From: Octopus bimaculoides
Lineage: Eukaryota
Length of the DNA: 64,000 nucleotides
Direction: 5' to 3'
Assembly (NCBI RefSeq): GCF_001194135.2
Contig: NC_069004.1
Coordinates: 13,500,183 to 13,564,182 of the forward strand
The notes beneath the pieces are model-generated. The model saw only the letters and a program-made list of their open reading frames with translations. It had not been told where the DNA came from and searched no databases. The translations under genes and the position numbers were made by a program. Shown one piece after another: positions 48,458 through 63,105 of this stretch (its first letter is position 1; each line of letters begins with the position of its first letter).

Positions 48458-49299
48458 GTTTCTCTATATACCAAAAAACAAAAAAGCAAAACAAAAAAAA
48501 AACAACAACCATTGGCTGTCATAAAATCCCAACTAAAATACTACCATTGTAAGGTATACAAAATATTGTAGCAAGCCTTTTAACTGACATAGACCACAAG
48601 TAATCTAACAACAAAACAGCAATTGTTATTACTCAAACAGACCAAGGCTGGCCTGATAAAATTCAACAAGTCATTGAAAAGAAAATTTTTACAAGTGGGT
48701 TCTCCTAAAGAATTTTTCAGATCTCAGTTATTTTTAGAATCTAGAAGTCATGTAAGAATAGTGTCAGTTTGTTATTGAGAGCAGCACAGATTCTATGATG
48801 GTTCTATGATATAAAACTGCCTTGTTTAAAAATATTCATCCATATTTGAATTAAAACTTTTCATCATGATTTTATATAAGAAGCTTTCATTAAGATATGT
48901 TTCAAACAGAAGCTTAGTAATGAAAGAGTTAATTTACTAAATCCCTCCAAATTTTTTATTCTTTCCAAATTTAAATGAAGCACATAAATAGCAACAACAA
49001 TATTACTTCTGGTTAACAAAATGGTTAATTAAAACCTTACAGATAGGGATGTAACAACTTCTTTTATCATATCTACAATATAATTGAAGGTGAATAAAAA
49101 AGAAAATCAAACCCAAGAAAACTGAGATGGTCAGCATTGAGAAAAATTATTTTCTTCCAAGAATAACTACACTCAAAACATCAGAACTCACCTCACCTTA
49201 TGGCTCACAAACTTACCTTATTTCACAATTTTAAAACTGAAGAGAGACTGGTGAATTATACTAAATTGAAGTAAAATTTCTCATTATTCCTTACATTGC

Positions 49300-49435
49300 C
49301 TCAGGAACGGGGGGGCGCAAAGGGTGCAAGTGTACCATCTAAAAGTTTTGGGGGGGCAGTGAAAATGCTTTGAACAGCCTCGTGAAAAGCTGGGTTTACA
49401 CCCCACTCAGCAAATTTTGCTCCGGTACTTATGAC
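49300..49435. mobile_element. 136-bp G-rich insertion with a 12-bp direct repeat
   Basis: tccttacattgc at 49288-49299 and 49436-49447. Confidence 0.65.
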
Positions 49436-50189
49436 TCCTTACATTGCTTTCTATGAAACCATTTACTATCATTCATTCAAAGTCATTTCCAGTAAATAAT
49501 CAGCAAAGTGGACCATGGTTATACAACATGATCTAGCGAGGTTGGTAAAAAATACCTATTCCAGTAGACTAACATAAGTCAATCCAAAAACACTGAGCAT
49601 GACTAAGAATATTTATAGAATTTGGATTAGGTCTCCTCTGTGAATCCAGACATGATTAAATTGAATGAGAATGATGTTGCATAACAGAGTCCTGCCCAAT
49701 CCATGCACGCATGGAAATAAAGAGGTTGAGATATAACGATGATGACATACATCAGAGACAGAGGCAGTATTAAAACTGAGAGGTAATATTTATCCTCACT
49801 AAAACGCTGATGTTCTATTACAACAAACTATATTCCGGTAGTTACCATGAGAGAAACCTTCATATTGGCTTTTACAGTGCAAAATGCACTTTTGTTTATA
49901 TCATTAGCAGGGAGATAAATCCCCACTACCTCCAGCACTGAAACCACCAGATCATGTGATTTCGACCTTGTTTGACCTTGTCAATGATAGACACTCAACT
50001 GCTAGAGGCAACAGTGATTCATCACCCCAACCAACTTTATATAGATTGGCAGTACCCGAACAGGCACTGGTGTTGCAAATTAACCTATTAGTAAAATACA
50101 TATATTCCAGATGCCTTGAAATAGGGTCCATCAAATAATATATATTCAGAGACAACATGTATACAAGTGTGTGTGTGTGTGTGTGTGTG

Positions 50190-50405
50190 TGTTTAGGTGT
50201 GTGGCCTAGTGGTAAGATCATGGTTTTGATTCCCAAATCAGCTGTGCATCGTGTTCTTGAGCAAAACACTTAATTTCACACCACCTCAGTTCACTCAGCT
50301 GTAAAAGAGTAACCCTGCAATACACTGGTGTTCCATTCAAGGAGATTGTTGGTCTGCTTGCCTAGACTATTGGGTGGGCCTCATTAGAAAGCTAAAACAA
50401 CATAA
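50190..50405 (+). mobile_element. SINE type C
   Basis: GTGTGGCCTAGTGGTAAG head; GTGTTCTTGAGCAAAACAC core. Confidence 0.78.
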
Positions 50406-50458
50406 AGCACATTGGGAGTAGCAGTATACAACAACATCTAATAATCTTGTCCATACCA

Positions 50459-50497
<39 letters not shown>

Positions 50498-50638
50498 TCA
50501 TGCCAGCATGGAAGGCAGACATTAAAAAATTATGATGATTATATGTNNNNNNNNNNNNNNNNNNNNNNNNNNNNNNNNNNNNNNNNNNNNNNNNNNNNNN
50601 NNNNNNNNNNNNNNNNNNNNNNNNNNNNNNNNNNNNNN

Positions 50639-50694
<56 letters not shown>

Positions 50695-51779
50695 CCTGAG
50701 GTGGCTTACATGTGTATACATTAAGGTACCCAATATACATTTTGTGGTGAAGTGTGCATAATCCATATCTGCAACACAGCAAAATCTGTAAGCTTAATAA
50801 CATGAGAGGGTAAGAAAGAAAGATGAGAGAGTGAGATGACAAAGAGGGGTGAGAGGGAGAGATGAGAAAGTCATGAGAGAGAAAAAGAGAGAGAGAGAGA
50901 GCATCAGAGGACAACAGAGTGTGTTAGCTGACCTGGCCATTGAGTACAGCATTGTCCTTTAATGTAGTAGTTCTGCCCTTTTTATCTCTTCTATTCATGG
51001 TTTCATCCTATGGAATACAAGGTTGAAATAGTCACCCACTGCACAGGAAAATACCACGTCACAGAAGAATACACATACATACAAACACACACACACACAC
51101 GTGTGTGTGCGCGTGCATACTACAATGAGTAATGCAATTAATCGAAATCAATCAACTACTAAATATCCTATACACACGAGCATGTACACACACACACAAA
51201 ACAGGAGAGATATAATATGTATATCAATACATATATCATACATAACATATACGTATTTAAGTATGTATACATATATACACATACACACATATTCATATTG
51301 TTAGGTAGATATCTGCATGAACACATTGGTGTCACTATCCACCTTACTACATGTCCTCAATAGAAATTCCTCTTCCTTTTTAACATCTTTTACATGAGCA
51401 GCATTTGTAATTTTCAGGCAGTTTTCAGTCTTCATACATATATGCTACATGTTTTTTCCTTTGCTTTTTGATTGGGTTTCAGCTTGATTAGAACACAAAA
51501 CCCTTTAGTATATATGTGGTGAGCTTTATCTAATATGGTTGATAATCAAATAACATCCAAGACCCACATCAGAAAAGATGGCCAATGACTTATTGCCAAT
51601 GATTCTCTCCTGTAACTAAGTTGCAGGCTTGACATTTCCTCTTTGCCTTTTGTGTCACAATTACATTGCCCCCAGCTTCTCTGGATTGTGCCATAGCCAA
51701 TCTCCACAAGATCCACTTGCCTCTTTTTTCCCAGTATCCTCACCGTCATATCTTTCAGACCCCATACTAAACTCCTATT

Positions 51780-52170
51780 TCTGTATATTGCAATCTATGA
51801 CTGAAAGACTAAAAATACAAGTAGCCAAAATGGAGTTCCTCGAGAAGATCTCTGGAGTAAAGCTACTTGAGAGATTGCATAGCTCAGAGGTTGCTCCAAG
51901 TCGAGTCACTACTTGTCCATGAACTATGGATATGTGATTAGAATACTGCAGAAAAGAATCACAAGATGGGGTCTTCAAGCCGAGTCAACCTGTAGGAAAC
52001 CTGGTGAAAGGCTGAGAACAAGACAGATAATATCCCTAGTCTCAGGTGGTCACACCTAGGAACAAGGCCAGAAAGTTTAATGATGATTGCTTCTGATAGA
52101 AACCTAAAGAAAAGGTGCCTGAGGATACTTTCCAGGAATAGTGGATGGAGAAGATAGATAGATGGAAGAT
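51780..52170 (+). mobile_element. Decayed RTE-clade LINE ORF2 3' end (second family)
   Basis: TERLKIQVAKMEFLEKISGVKLLERLHSSEV resembles the RTE (RIQAAEMGFLRRISG...RVRSSEI) motif; downstream LGTRPESLMMIASDRNL. Confidence 0.65.
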
Positions 52171-52309
52171 TAATAGCATTCTTGGTTACAGATTCCCAAA
52201 AACCCTCTTGATGGTTCACAGTATTTCTGCCAGTCAGAGTAACAAGAGAGTATCACAGAATTCTTGGTTTCTCACTATGCTTATATCCTTTGAAATACAT
52301 GGTAGAATT

Positions 52310-52445
52310 CCATTCAACCTCCATCTATCAAATTCCAATTAAGGCATTGGTCAACTCATGGCTTTTGTAAAAGATACTTGCTGAAAGTATTGAACCAGGA
52401 ACCATGTGGGTTGCGAAGGAAACTTCTTAAGCACACAGTCATTCT
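52310..52445 (-). mobile_element. SINE type A 5' half, diverged
   Basis: Core match. Confidence 0.65.
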
Positions 52446-52802
52446 TTCCAATGCAGAACCAAGCCATTCCTTTCAAAGCATGAACCACTAGCTCTCTGAA
52501 GTCCCAGGTTCAAGATGAACGGAAAAGTGTTCCCATAATGATCCTGTGCTTCAACCCTAAAGTTTTTGGCTGACTTATACAACAGAAACAAATAAAATTT
52601 GCTGTTGATTGAGATAATAGATAATGGGTGATCGCTGTGTGTTGAGATGAGAGCATGAGATGTTATATAGAGAAGTTAATGTAAAGCAGAAAAGTAGTGT
52701 TGAGGACAAGTAGTATAGTGGGCATTAAATAGAACATCAATACTGTGCATTATATATATACATACACACACATACATGTATCTATATATTTGTATGTGTG
52801 GG

Positions 52803-52833
<31 letters not shown>

Positions 52834-53473
52834 NNNNNNNNNNNNNNNNNNNNNNNNNNNNNNNNNNNNNNNNNNNNNNNNNNNNNNNNNNNNNNNNNNN
52901 NNNNNNNNNNNNNNNNNNNNNNNNNNNNNNNNNNNNNNNNNNNNNNNNNNNNNNNNNNNNNNNNNNNNNNNNNNNNNNNNNNNNNNNNNNNNNNNNNNNN
53001 NNNNNNNNNNNNNNNNNNNNNNNNNNNNNNNNNNNNNNNNNNNNNNNNNNNNNNNNNNNNNNNNNNNNNNNNNNNNNNNNNNNNNNNNNNNNNNNNNNNN
53101 NNNNNNNNNNNNNNNNNNNNNNNNNNNNNNNNNNNNNNNNNNNNNNNNNNNNNNNNNNNNNNNNNNNNNNNNNNNNNNNNNNNNNNNNNNNNNNNNNNNN
53201 NNNNNNNNNNNNNNNNNNNNNNNNNNNNNNNNNNNNNNNNNNNNNNNNNNNNNNNNNNNNNNNNNNNNNNNNNNNNNNNNNNNNNNNNNNNNNNNNNNNN
53301 NNNNNNNNNNNNNNNNNNNNNNNNNNNNNNNNNNNNNNNNNNNNNNNNNNNNNNNNNNNNNNNNNNNNNNNNNNNNNNNNNNNNNNNNNNNNNNNNNNNN
53401 NNNNNNNNNNNNNNNNNNNNNNNNNNNNNNNNNNNNNNNNNNNNNNNNNNNNNNNNNNNNNNNNATATGAAAA

Positions 53474-53508
<35 letters not shown>

Positions 53509-53942
53509 GATGATGATGATGATGATGTTGATGATGGATTCTCCACAAATTTAGTAAAAAATCTTCTTCAAGTTGTTCAGTCCACAAAATTAAGCACTCA
53601 GTGAATTCTAGACACTTGTGCCCTGAACATGGTCCATGGAATGAATCATCAGTATGACACGGTGTGATGAAGCCAGGCTCTCGTATAACGCTCCAATACA
53701 GCAGGCAGGCTTCAGCACATATTCCAGCTACTCAATTACAATCAAAAGGCTTAATCCAAATCATAAAAATGGCAAAAGATAAACATGTACGTAGAACTCA
53801 GCTCAGACTTTGTGACTGTGAAGCAAACTTTATAATGCCACCCCCCTGCCGTGAATCCACAAAAAACATCATCATTGTCATCATACAAACACACACACAG
53901 ATATATACCAAATATGTTATATACACACAAAAATGCTCATTG

Positions 53943-53976
<34 letters not shown>

Positions 53977-54325
53977 TATATCACATACATAATAATATCT
54001 TATGTAATATATGTGAGTGTGAGTGTGTGTTTNNNNNNNNNNNNNNNNNNNNNNNNNNNNNNNNNNNNNNNNNNNNNNNNNNNNNNNNNNNNNNNNNNNN
54101 NNNNNNNNNNNNNNNNNNNNNNNNNNNNNNNNNNNNNNNNNNNNNNNNNNNNNNNNNNNNNNNNNNNNNNNNNNNNNNNNNNNNNNNNNNNNNNNNNNNN
54201 NNNNNNNNNNNNNNNNNNNNNNNNNNNNNNNNNNNNNNNNNNNNNNNNNNNNNNNNNNNNNNNNNNNNNNNNNNNNNNNNNNNNNNNNNNNNNNNNNNNN
54301 NNNNNNNNNNNNNNNNNNNNNNNNN

Positions 54326-54366
<41 letters not shown>

Positions 54367-54369
54367 TTA

Positions 54370-54402
<33 letters not shown>

Positions 54403-54834
54403 TCACAAATACACACACATCTATATTAATGTACATTTAGATATGTTAATTACAAAATACAAAATACATGTGAAACAGCCCTCAAAAGCAATATTAGAAG
54501 ACCAAACTCATTAAAAAATATGCATATATTATGAATTATTATTAAAGTCATTACATTGTCATAGCTACAAAACTAATAATGTGACATTAAAAGTCATACA
54601 TACACACACACACAGGGTATCCATAAATTACATTTACAATCCGGAAAATTCAGAAAAACATTAGCTGCACTGTAGTTGCATCACTTGCGACCATCAGCTA
54701 TTTTCCCAACAAAATGGTGCAGGATTGAGTGTTTGAGAGTTTCTTAATGAACTTTCCAAAACCAGTGGATTGGAAGAGATGGTCCAGCTTAAGGCAATTT
54801 ACACACACCGTGTGTGTGTGTATGTATATATAGG

Positions 54835-54928
54835 AGCCTGGTGTAGCCATCTGGTTCACCAGTCCTCAGTCAAATCGTCCAACCCATGCTAGCATGGAAA
54901 GCGAACGTTAAACGACGATGATGACAAT
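54835..54928 (+). mobile_element. Very short young RTE 3' end
   Basis: GGAGCCTGGTGTAGCCATCTGGTTCACCAGTCCTCAGTCAAATCGTCCAACCCATGCTAGCATGGAAAGCGAACGTTAAACGACGATG; near-identical to 30077-30170. Confidence 0.85.
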
Positions 54929-56844
54929 GATATATATATATACACACATACACACACATACAGACACACATGCACATCCTTGCAATGTATGTATGCTTAT
55001 GATCTTTCTCAATGTGGGAATGGATTTGGATTGTATCATTACCATTAATATTGTACGTATGGTTAAGTAGACTGTTTAGGTCTTTACTACATGTAGGGAC
55101 CAAATGGAACAGGATGTGATAATCAGAAGGCATTAAGTGAATGTACTGAGAATCACATCACAGTTATTGTTTTGATACACATCACATTGTGCTGTCATTA
55201 TAACAATATTATTTCACTCACTGAAATCGTATTGTTACACCTCAATAGTGTGGACTGTTAGCTGTGAATGGTGTTTGTGATTGCTCAGTGGCTAGAGATT
55301 CACATTCATTCAAATACATATATGCAACCCATATGTATACATGCCACACACACACACACACACACATAAGCATCATAAGCATATACGCATTTGTTGAAAC
55401 ACACACATATTCAGACACACATGCAGGCATGCATGGATATATATATATATATTTATATATATTATGTCTGATCACACATACACACATGCAGTCATGCATA
55501 TAAGCATACTAGTTTCACACACAAACAAACACAACAATTCTGGGTGTTGTCAGTGAAAGAATCTACACTCCAATACAGGAATACTAAACCTAAAAATTCA
55601 CTTAGACACATGATACATATAGAGTTGATGAAAGTAGACCATTCTAACACGCCTGATCCCTGCTACTACCTGCCCCACAATCCATACAGAGGCGCTAGCA
55701 ACACGCAGTCATCAATACAGCATGCCCAAACACACCAACAACACAGTCTCCACTGTATCTTATTAAAACAATCTACACAGTTAAGATATTCCCAATGGAA
55801 ATACTGAAAAATTATATGACCATCTCCTAGAGGATGCAGTAAAGAAAGTAGATTGTAGGGAATTTATTGACAGATCTTTAAATCAACTGATAATAATGAA
55901 TGGAGGAAATACTAGTAAAAGAAAATACGTATTGAAAAAGCAAAACAAGAATATTTGGTCTGTTATTTTTGCAATCTAGAAACAGTAGGTACTTACCACA
56001 ATGTGTTAAGGATCATCCAGTAATTACAATTATATATGTCTGTTGTGTAAGGCAGGATGTTCATACTGCCTCTGTGAGTCACGAGGTTTTGTGACTGGAA
56101 CAACACTGAATGTCACTTTGCTTTTGGTTGTTGATCTCATCAGGACCATCAACAGTGATTTTTTTTTTCATTAGTTCTAAATTGGAACTTAGTACTGATC
56201 CAAGTCCAAGACTACATTGTTTGGTTAATGTGAAAACATCAAATCTAAACACTTTCAACATTTATAGAAAGTGCTGACATGCATCCTCGGTGAGATTACT
56301 ACTGCGAAAAGATCTATGAAACCTCAATCCTAGCTTCAGCCATCACTACCTTTTGTAAGACTCAACTGAAATCCAACTGGTGTTGTGACATGGCTGAAAT
56401 CTATTCAACTGCAAAATGGACCCTAAAGCCAAACAGCATTTTTTGGGGTGTGGTAAATGTCCAATACCATATAATGAATAACAGACCATGTAATATACCA
56501 GCATGCAAGTATAATCACACTCCCACATGGAAAATCTGTACTGCTCACATGAGGTGTAACATAACTAACAGATTACAGAGGCTTCCAGCAAGGAATATAG
56601 CCGCCGAAGAGTTGAGCTGTGATACTGCTATCTACATAATTCTCCCACAACTTTATCACCTAGAGATTAGGCTAATTACCTCCACAGAATTCTATATATG
56701 TATAACACGAAGTACAACTGTTAATCTGGACAAGAACGCTATCATTCAACAAGCTCACTGACAAATCTAAGACTCCTGGAAGATGTTAAAAATAGTGTGA
56801 ATAAAGACAAGATAATATACTTATATATGTCCACACACCACACG

Positions 56845-56910
56845 TACAATGCATAATTTAGAAATCATTGCTATATATATATAAAACTGATTTCTAAATT
56901 ATGCATTGTA
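56845..56910. repeat. Perfect 23-bp inverted repeat with 20-nt spacer
   Basis: tacaatgcataatttagaaatca / tgatttctaaattatgcattgta. Confidence 0.95.
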
Positions 56911-57237
56911 TACAGAATTTTTGATGAAATAACTCATGAATGTTAATCTTCAAAACCAGGAACACACAACCAACAGTGTCTGCAGTTACTAGATTAGAAC
57001 AGAGCATTAAGGTAGCATGAATGTCTGCCAAAGAATATCTTCCATAGAAAGCTGGCACCCACATTTAACAGATTGCTAAATCACAGGGGTATCAATCAAT
57101 ACTGAAGATATCCTGTTGGAAGCTACGGTCAGAGTAAGCAAGTTTCTTTTAAACAACCACATAGAACAGAAAACGGACATCATAAAATGGAATAACTGGA
57201 TGACAGAAAGGTACCCTAATTTGAATATGTTCACACT

Positions 57238-57272
<35 letters not shown>

Positions 57273-57630
57273 CACAGATATACACAAACCAAGAAGGGAA
57301 CATACAACATTGAAATTAACCAATCAAACAAGAAATAGTCAAAGAAGTTTAAACATAACGATTCTAGCCATCAATACATACAAACAAAACAAAAAAAATA
57401 AATAAATAACAAATCAACTGATTACGGCAAGACTACTGACCACCATTTAGACATTACATACATAACACACATTACATAACATACATACATACAGAAAGCA
57501 AAATGTTCTACCATTAGGATTAATGTTAATTAAGCTGGAAGCAAACAAAATGCCTCAAAATACAACAAAAAATGAAGAAAAAAAAAAATCAACCATGAAG
57601 AGTGTGTGTGTGCGCGTATGCATGTATGTG

Positions 57631-57681
<51 letters not shown>

Positions 57682-57821
57682 TACAATGTATATACTGAGA
57701 ACTACCATACCATTACATTGTTAAAATCAAGCCACAAAAACATTGGTTTAAAATGGACAAACAAAACAAAGGGATAATAGCAACAACATACATAGAGAAA
57801 GAGGGACAGAAAGAAAAAGGG

Positions 57822-57854
<33 letters not shown>

Positions 57855-60800
57855 AAGAGAAAGGAAGAAAAAAGCCTAATATTTGTTGTGTAAAATTATC
57901 TATTTATTTATTTATTTATTTTGTCATGTGCGGCAGCTTTTTCTTTTCTTTCCTTTTTTTTTTTGTAGTTTGGGGGGAAGGGACTGATAAATTTGTGAAA
58001 AAAAAAAATTTTGTTTACCGATCCACAATTATTAATTTGCAATAAGAATGATGTGTTGTGATTGGATATGTACTTGGGATCTCTGTGAGGTGGGAGGGAT
58101 GTGAAGTGACGGAATATTTCTGCCATTATTTAATAATGAGCTTAATAAATAAATATATAAATAAATAAATTCTCCTAGCTAATCAGTCCTTCTTTATAAA
58201 AGGCGTGCAATTAAGACAGCAGTATAAAACTTGGTAGGGTTTTCTTTCCCCAACCCCAGTTTTCCTACAATGAATAGTGGGAGAACTCAGAATTGATTGT
58301 AACCATTATTATTATTATTATTATCATTATCATCAAAATCATAATTATCAATAGCATTATTAATATTATTTTGTTTTGGAAAATTTTGAAAAAAATGCAT
58401 ACCATTTGCTATCTTTTATAATCTTTATTAACCCAGCAATATGTGAGTGTATATCTTTTATGTAAATAAGTTTCAAACTTCTAAGAAGTTTGAAGTGTAT
58501 GAGAAATGCATTAAGTTTCAAAAGGAATCGACAATATCTTACAATGATGCTTCTCTTCTTTGTTTTATTGACTTATTTATGTTCTAATGATGACAAATAT
58601 CAAGTCAGAAAATTCTATTTATCAAAAGAGCATCCAGACATTACAATATATTCTAGTTATGAATATGAATTACATTCTTATGCCTGAAAATGCCAACCCA
58701 ACATTAGTCAGATAATTAACCCTTACTTTTGAAAACAGTAGTATAATGAACTAACAAATGCATATCAGAATTATAGATACACACAGCTATATAAATTAAG
58801 CAGTGATGGAATCAGCTCAAATGAGTATATATATGAGCCTGGTAATTTAGCTAATCAAACAATTGAGTGCTTATTGTTTGAAATTCTGACTGCAATCCAT
58901 TTTTTACATATATACATATATATNNNNNNNNNNNNNNNNNNNNNNNNNNNNNNNNNNNNNNNNNNNNNNNNNNNNNNNNNNNNNNNNNNNNNNNNNNNNN
59001 NNNNNNNNNNNNNNNNNNNNNNNNNNNNNNNNNNNNNNNNNNNNNNNNNNNNNNNNNNNNNNNNNNNNNNNNNAAAACCAGTCAAAAGGAATTTATTTAT
59101 ACACAGATATAAAAAAGTTGTTGAGTTTTTCTTAGGATTTAAGCAATATTCCCATCTCACCTCCTTAAAAATATTTAGAGACTTTTTACATCTGTATATA
59201 AATAACATAGAACAGAAAACTCCATAACTGACTAATTTTTCTTACTATCATTATTAATATATTATCCTGCACACTAAAGGAAAATTATTTCTGAACTAAA
59301 AACTGTCATATGATAAATAATAAGAAAATAGAATAATGCGCATATGAAATGAAAAGCCTTAATTATTTCAAATTAAATTTTTTTCTATAGAATTATCTGA
59401 ATCTAATAAAGGCAAATTATAAATCTTGTTTGCCCAAATTAAAACAAGATCACAACATTGACTGAGGTCAAGCTGAAACTACTAATACTCTTTCTTTGGT
59501 TTCAACTAGCATGCTCAGACCAGACTGGACTGATTTTGCCCATTTTTGATTTTAAAACTGTTTTACTAGTAAATACTAAACTGTGAAAAATGAAGTAGAT
59601 TTAATACGGTTAAGTTATATAACAAATGAAACCAGCTATCTTGTTACCTCCCACACTAGTATAACCGAGTTACTTTTCTCCAGATATGCTTAAAGGAAAC
59701 TTTGCTCATTAATAGTGTATAGTCCCGAACTAAAAGTAAAACATCTTAAGAAAAGGCTCAGTCACAGGGATTATGGATAAACATGAGAACCGGTGGCTCT
59801 ATCAACTAAGATGAAATAAGATAAAAGAGAAGAAAAATTAACCTATAAAAATTTCCAACTTTAGAAGGACGTGTTATGTAGCTGAAAATACTAGTTGATG
59901 CATTGATGTATGTGTGTATGTGTGTGTTTTGTATGTGACATGTACTGCAAATATAATAATGAATAGCAAAGATATGAATGATTGATGTGAGAGGGAAAAT
60001 GTTTAGGAAACTTAAAGTGTAGAAGAAAAACAATGGAGTCCAGATTAGAATTTCTAAGAGGTGTGCATAGGCTATTTAGAAAAAATACGATCCTCGTTAT
60101 TGGTTATAAGTTTAAAAAGTGAGAACTGTAAGAATGAAATGAAAAGAAAACTTTGAAATCTGCCAAGGCCAGGAAAATCTAAAAGATGAATATTTGAAGA
60201 AAATACCAGAAGGGAGGAATGATTATTACTTTTATGTACCACCTAAATATTTACGATTCTACAGTGTTTGCATGTATGTTGTTGGAAATGGTTAACTTTG
60301 ACAAAAAGGTATCAGGTATATGTAATAACTAAAAAAAAAAAAATGACTGATTATTATTACAGAGTTCTATTAACTGACTGTTGACTTTAAAGAATCATAT
60401 ATATATATATAGAATATCTTCAATGCTAAGAAAACCTCCCAGTGGAATCTGATGGAATATTTTATAAAAGAGAAATATTTTATAAAAGAGGACAGATAAT
60501 TAAAGATGGAAAAAAATTTCTTTCGCATTAAATTTGTTTCTCACACCTTAATAAGCTATTTTGGGATTGCACAAAAAGAAAAGATACAGAAATACCAAAA
60601 TTGAAGCTATTTTGAAGAAATCAAGAACTGATCTAAGAGGAAAACAAAAAGGAAAATAACCATTTCTCATGGAACTTATAACATCATAGCAACCTCAAGT
60701 TTCTCCCATTTCTACATTGTTTAATTTTTTTCTTTTTCTTTTAAATCCGAAAAAAAAAAATCAACTGACTTTGCTAATCTATTTCACTGTTATTTTATGA

Positions 60801-61520
60801 ATGTTATCTTATGTTAAATAATTCAGTTTTATCACAACTAACCATAGACATTTACGTGACATCTAGATACCATTTGATGAGCAAACCAACTAAGATAATG
60901 TGTAATAAATACTTTAGGTTTCCAAATTGGTCTGGGGGATATTATAGCAAGGGAAGCAATTCTTCACTATTTTGTCATTTTAAACTTTAAGAAAACAAAG
61001 GATTAAAAAGATCAGCAAATGGAATAGAAATATGATGAAAATGGTTTTTACTTTAATTCTAGTTCATTTAATGGAAATCATCATCACAAGAGCTTCTAAT
61101 GTAAAATGTAGTTTCTTAGTTGTCCAGTGGAACCACAAAGACAATGATGAGAAACTACAGCTAGTTTACTCCCAGTTCATGTAGTACTACTATGACTGTC
61201 CATGAGGAAAGCAGTTCTGATGAATACTAATGAAAGTATCATTTTTACACATGCAACACAGAAAAGAGGGAACCAAAATCACAAAACCAAAAACTCAAAT
61301 GAAGAATGCTGAAAGTGAGAAATCAATTGGTGCAATGAATGAGGTCCTCAGAATTCACCACCTGGCATGCTGCAATGGCACTGTATCCTTCAGAGATCAT
61401 AGCCAGTCTTACAAAACATGGCCGTATCTTGCATTTGAGAAGAAAAAGAGAGATTGGAAACACTGAATTTAGGGAAAATAAGTTAAAAGCCAATAATACA
61501 TATATAATTAGAACTATCAA

Positions 61521-61553
<33 letters not shown>

Positions 61554-62316
61554 TTAATCATAATATTAATAATATTAATAATAAAAAATATTAATAATAG
61601 TAATTATATAGTAAATAAAATATTTTGGATTCCAAAAGGATTCCTATAATCACACTGTTTCACAAATGTTTCAGATTTCAAAGAATCCATTTCAGCCAAA
61701 GAAATTTTGAATTTTGCGATGAAAATATAAGTCAATTGAGGAAGAAGTCACCAAATACTATGTCACATCATTCCACAAGTGAAAACAGATGGGGTAAAAA
61801 AAAAATGATTTAATTTACAAAAAAATTTGTGAAATTTTAAAACAGATGTACTGAAGCAAAACTAAAAAAAAAAAAAAATTGTAAATGAATAAATAATTCT
61901 AAATCCATCAGATCCAAAAGAGAAGATAGTTTCAGAAATAATCATAGAATAATAATAATCAATCGAATTAATAAGAATTAATAATTTGTTTTTTGTTTTT
62001 TTTTTTACTTAGAGCAATAGAGCGTTTACGAATTACAAATTTTAAAAGGATAAACGTTTTGCAATAGTTAGCTAATTTCAGTGACTCCTGGGTTGTGAGT
62101 AATAAGAATCTTACATATTGGATATCGAACACAAAAAATATATAATGCAAAAAAAAACAAAAAAAACTATACACAACTGATACCTTCTTGTAATGTGATG
62201 TATGGAGGGCTTCTTACCAACACAATAATAATCCAATTGTTCAGGAAAGAAGATTTAAGATCGAATGTTTGTTTGTTCTTAACACCCATCCACCCAAATT
62301 ATTTTCATTAATACTT

Positions 62317-62851
62317 TTAAATATATATATATACGCATATATACATATATATATATACACATATATACATATATATAAACACATATATGGATGTATATAA
62401 AAATATATATAAATATATAAATATGTATATACACATATACACATATACACACACATATATATACATACATATATACACATATATAAATGTATAAATATAT
62501 ATACACACATATACATATATAAATATATATAAATATACACACACCCATACACATAAACATATATAAACAAACATAAATATATATACATAAATATATATAT
62601 ACACATAAACACATATACATACACATATAAATATATACACATACACACACATACATACATAAATATATATATATATATACATATATAACTATATATACAT
62701 ATATAAATATATATACAAATACAAATATATATACATACATATATGAATATATATACATATATAATATATATACATACATAAATATACATAAATACATATA
62801 CACATATATATATATACGTATATATATACATACACACATATACATATAAAA

Positions 62852-62890
<39 letters not shown>

Positions 62891-63019
62891 TACATAAATG
62901 TATACATATATAAATATATATATACATATATAAATATATATACATATATAAATATATATATATATATGTACATATATAAATTCACATATACAAATATACA
63001 TATAGATGTATACATATAG

Positions 63020-63068
<49 letters not shown>

Positions 63069-63105
63069 TACATATGTATGTATATGTGTGTGTGTATGTA
63101 TATAT
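62317..63105. repeat. Long compound TA/CA microsatellite
   Basis: Direct inspection. Confidence 0.97.

Noticed and set aside
55997-56039. 43-nt exon-like segment with an acaacag acceptor and gtaagt donor
   Set aside because: The only open frame (IYNCNYWMILNTL) is unlike DOT1L and the polypyrimidine tract is poor.
56390-56761. 123-aa plus-strand ORF
   Set aside because: No recognisable motif or splice context; length is compatible with chance or a decayed repeat.
2252-59227. ORFs containing runs of X (e.g. 14555..15690, 23372..24317, 52676..53604)
   Set aside because: They are open only because they span N-gaps.
107-63073. Many long [12 protein letters not shown] ORFs (e.g. 107..382, 1554..2042, 20975..21852, 62241..63073)
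   Set aside because: Translations of TA/CA microsatellites, which lack stop codons in most frames.
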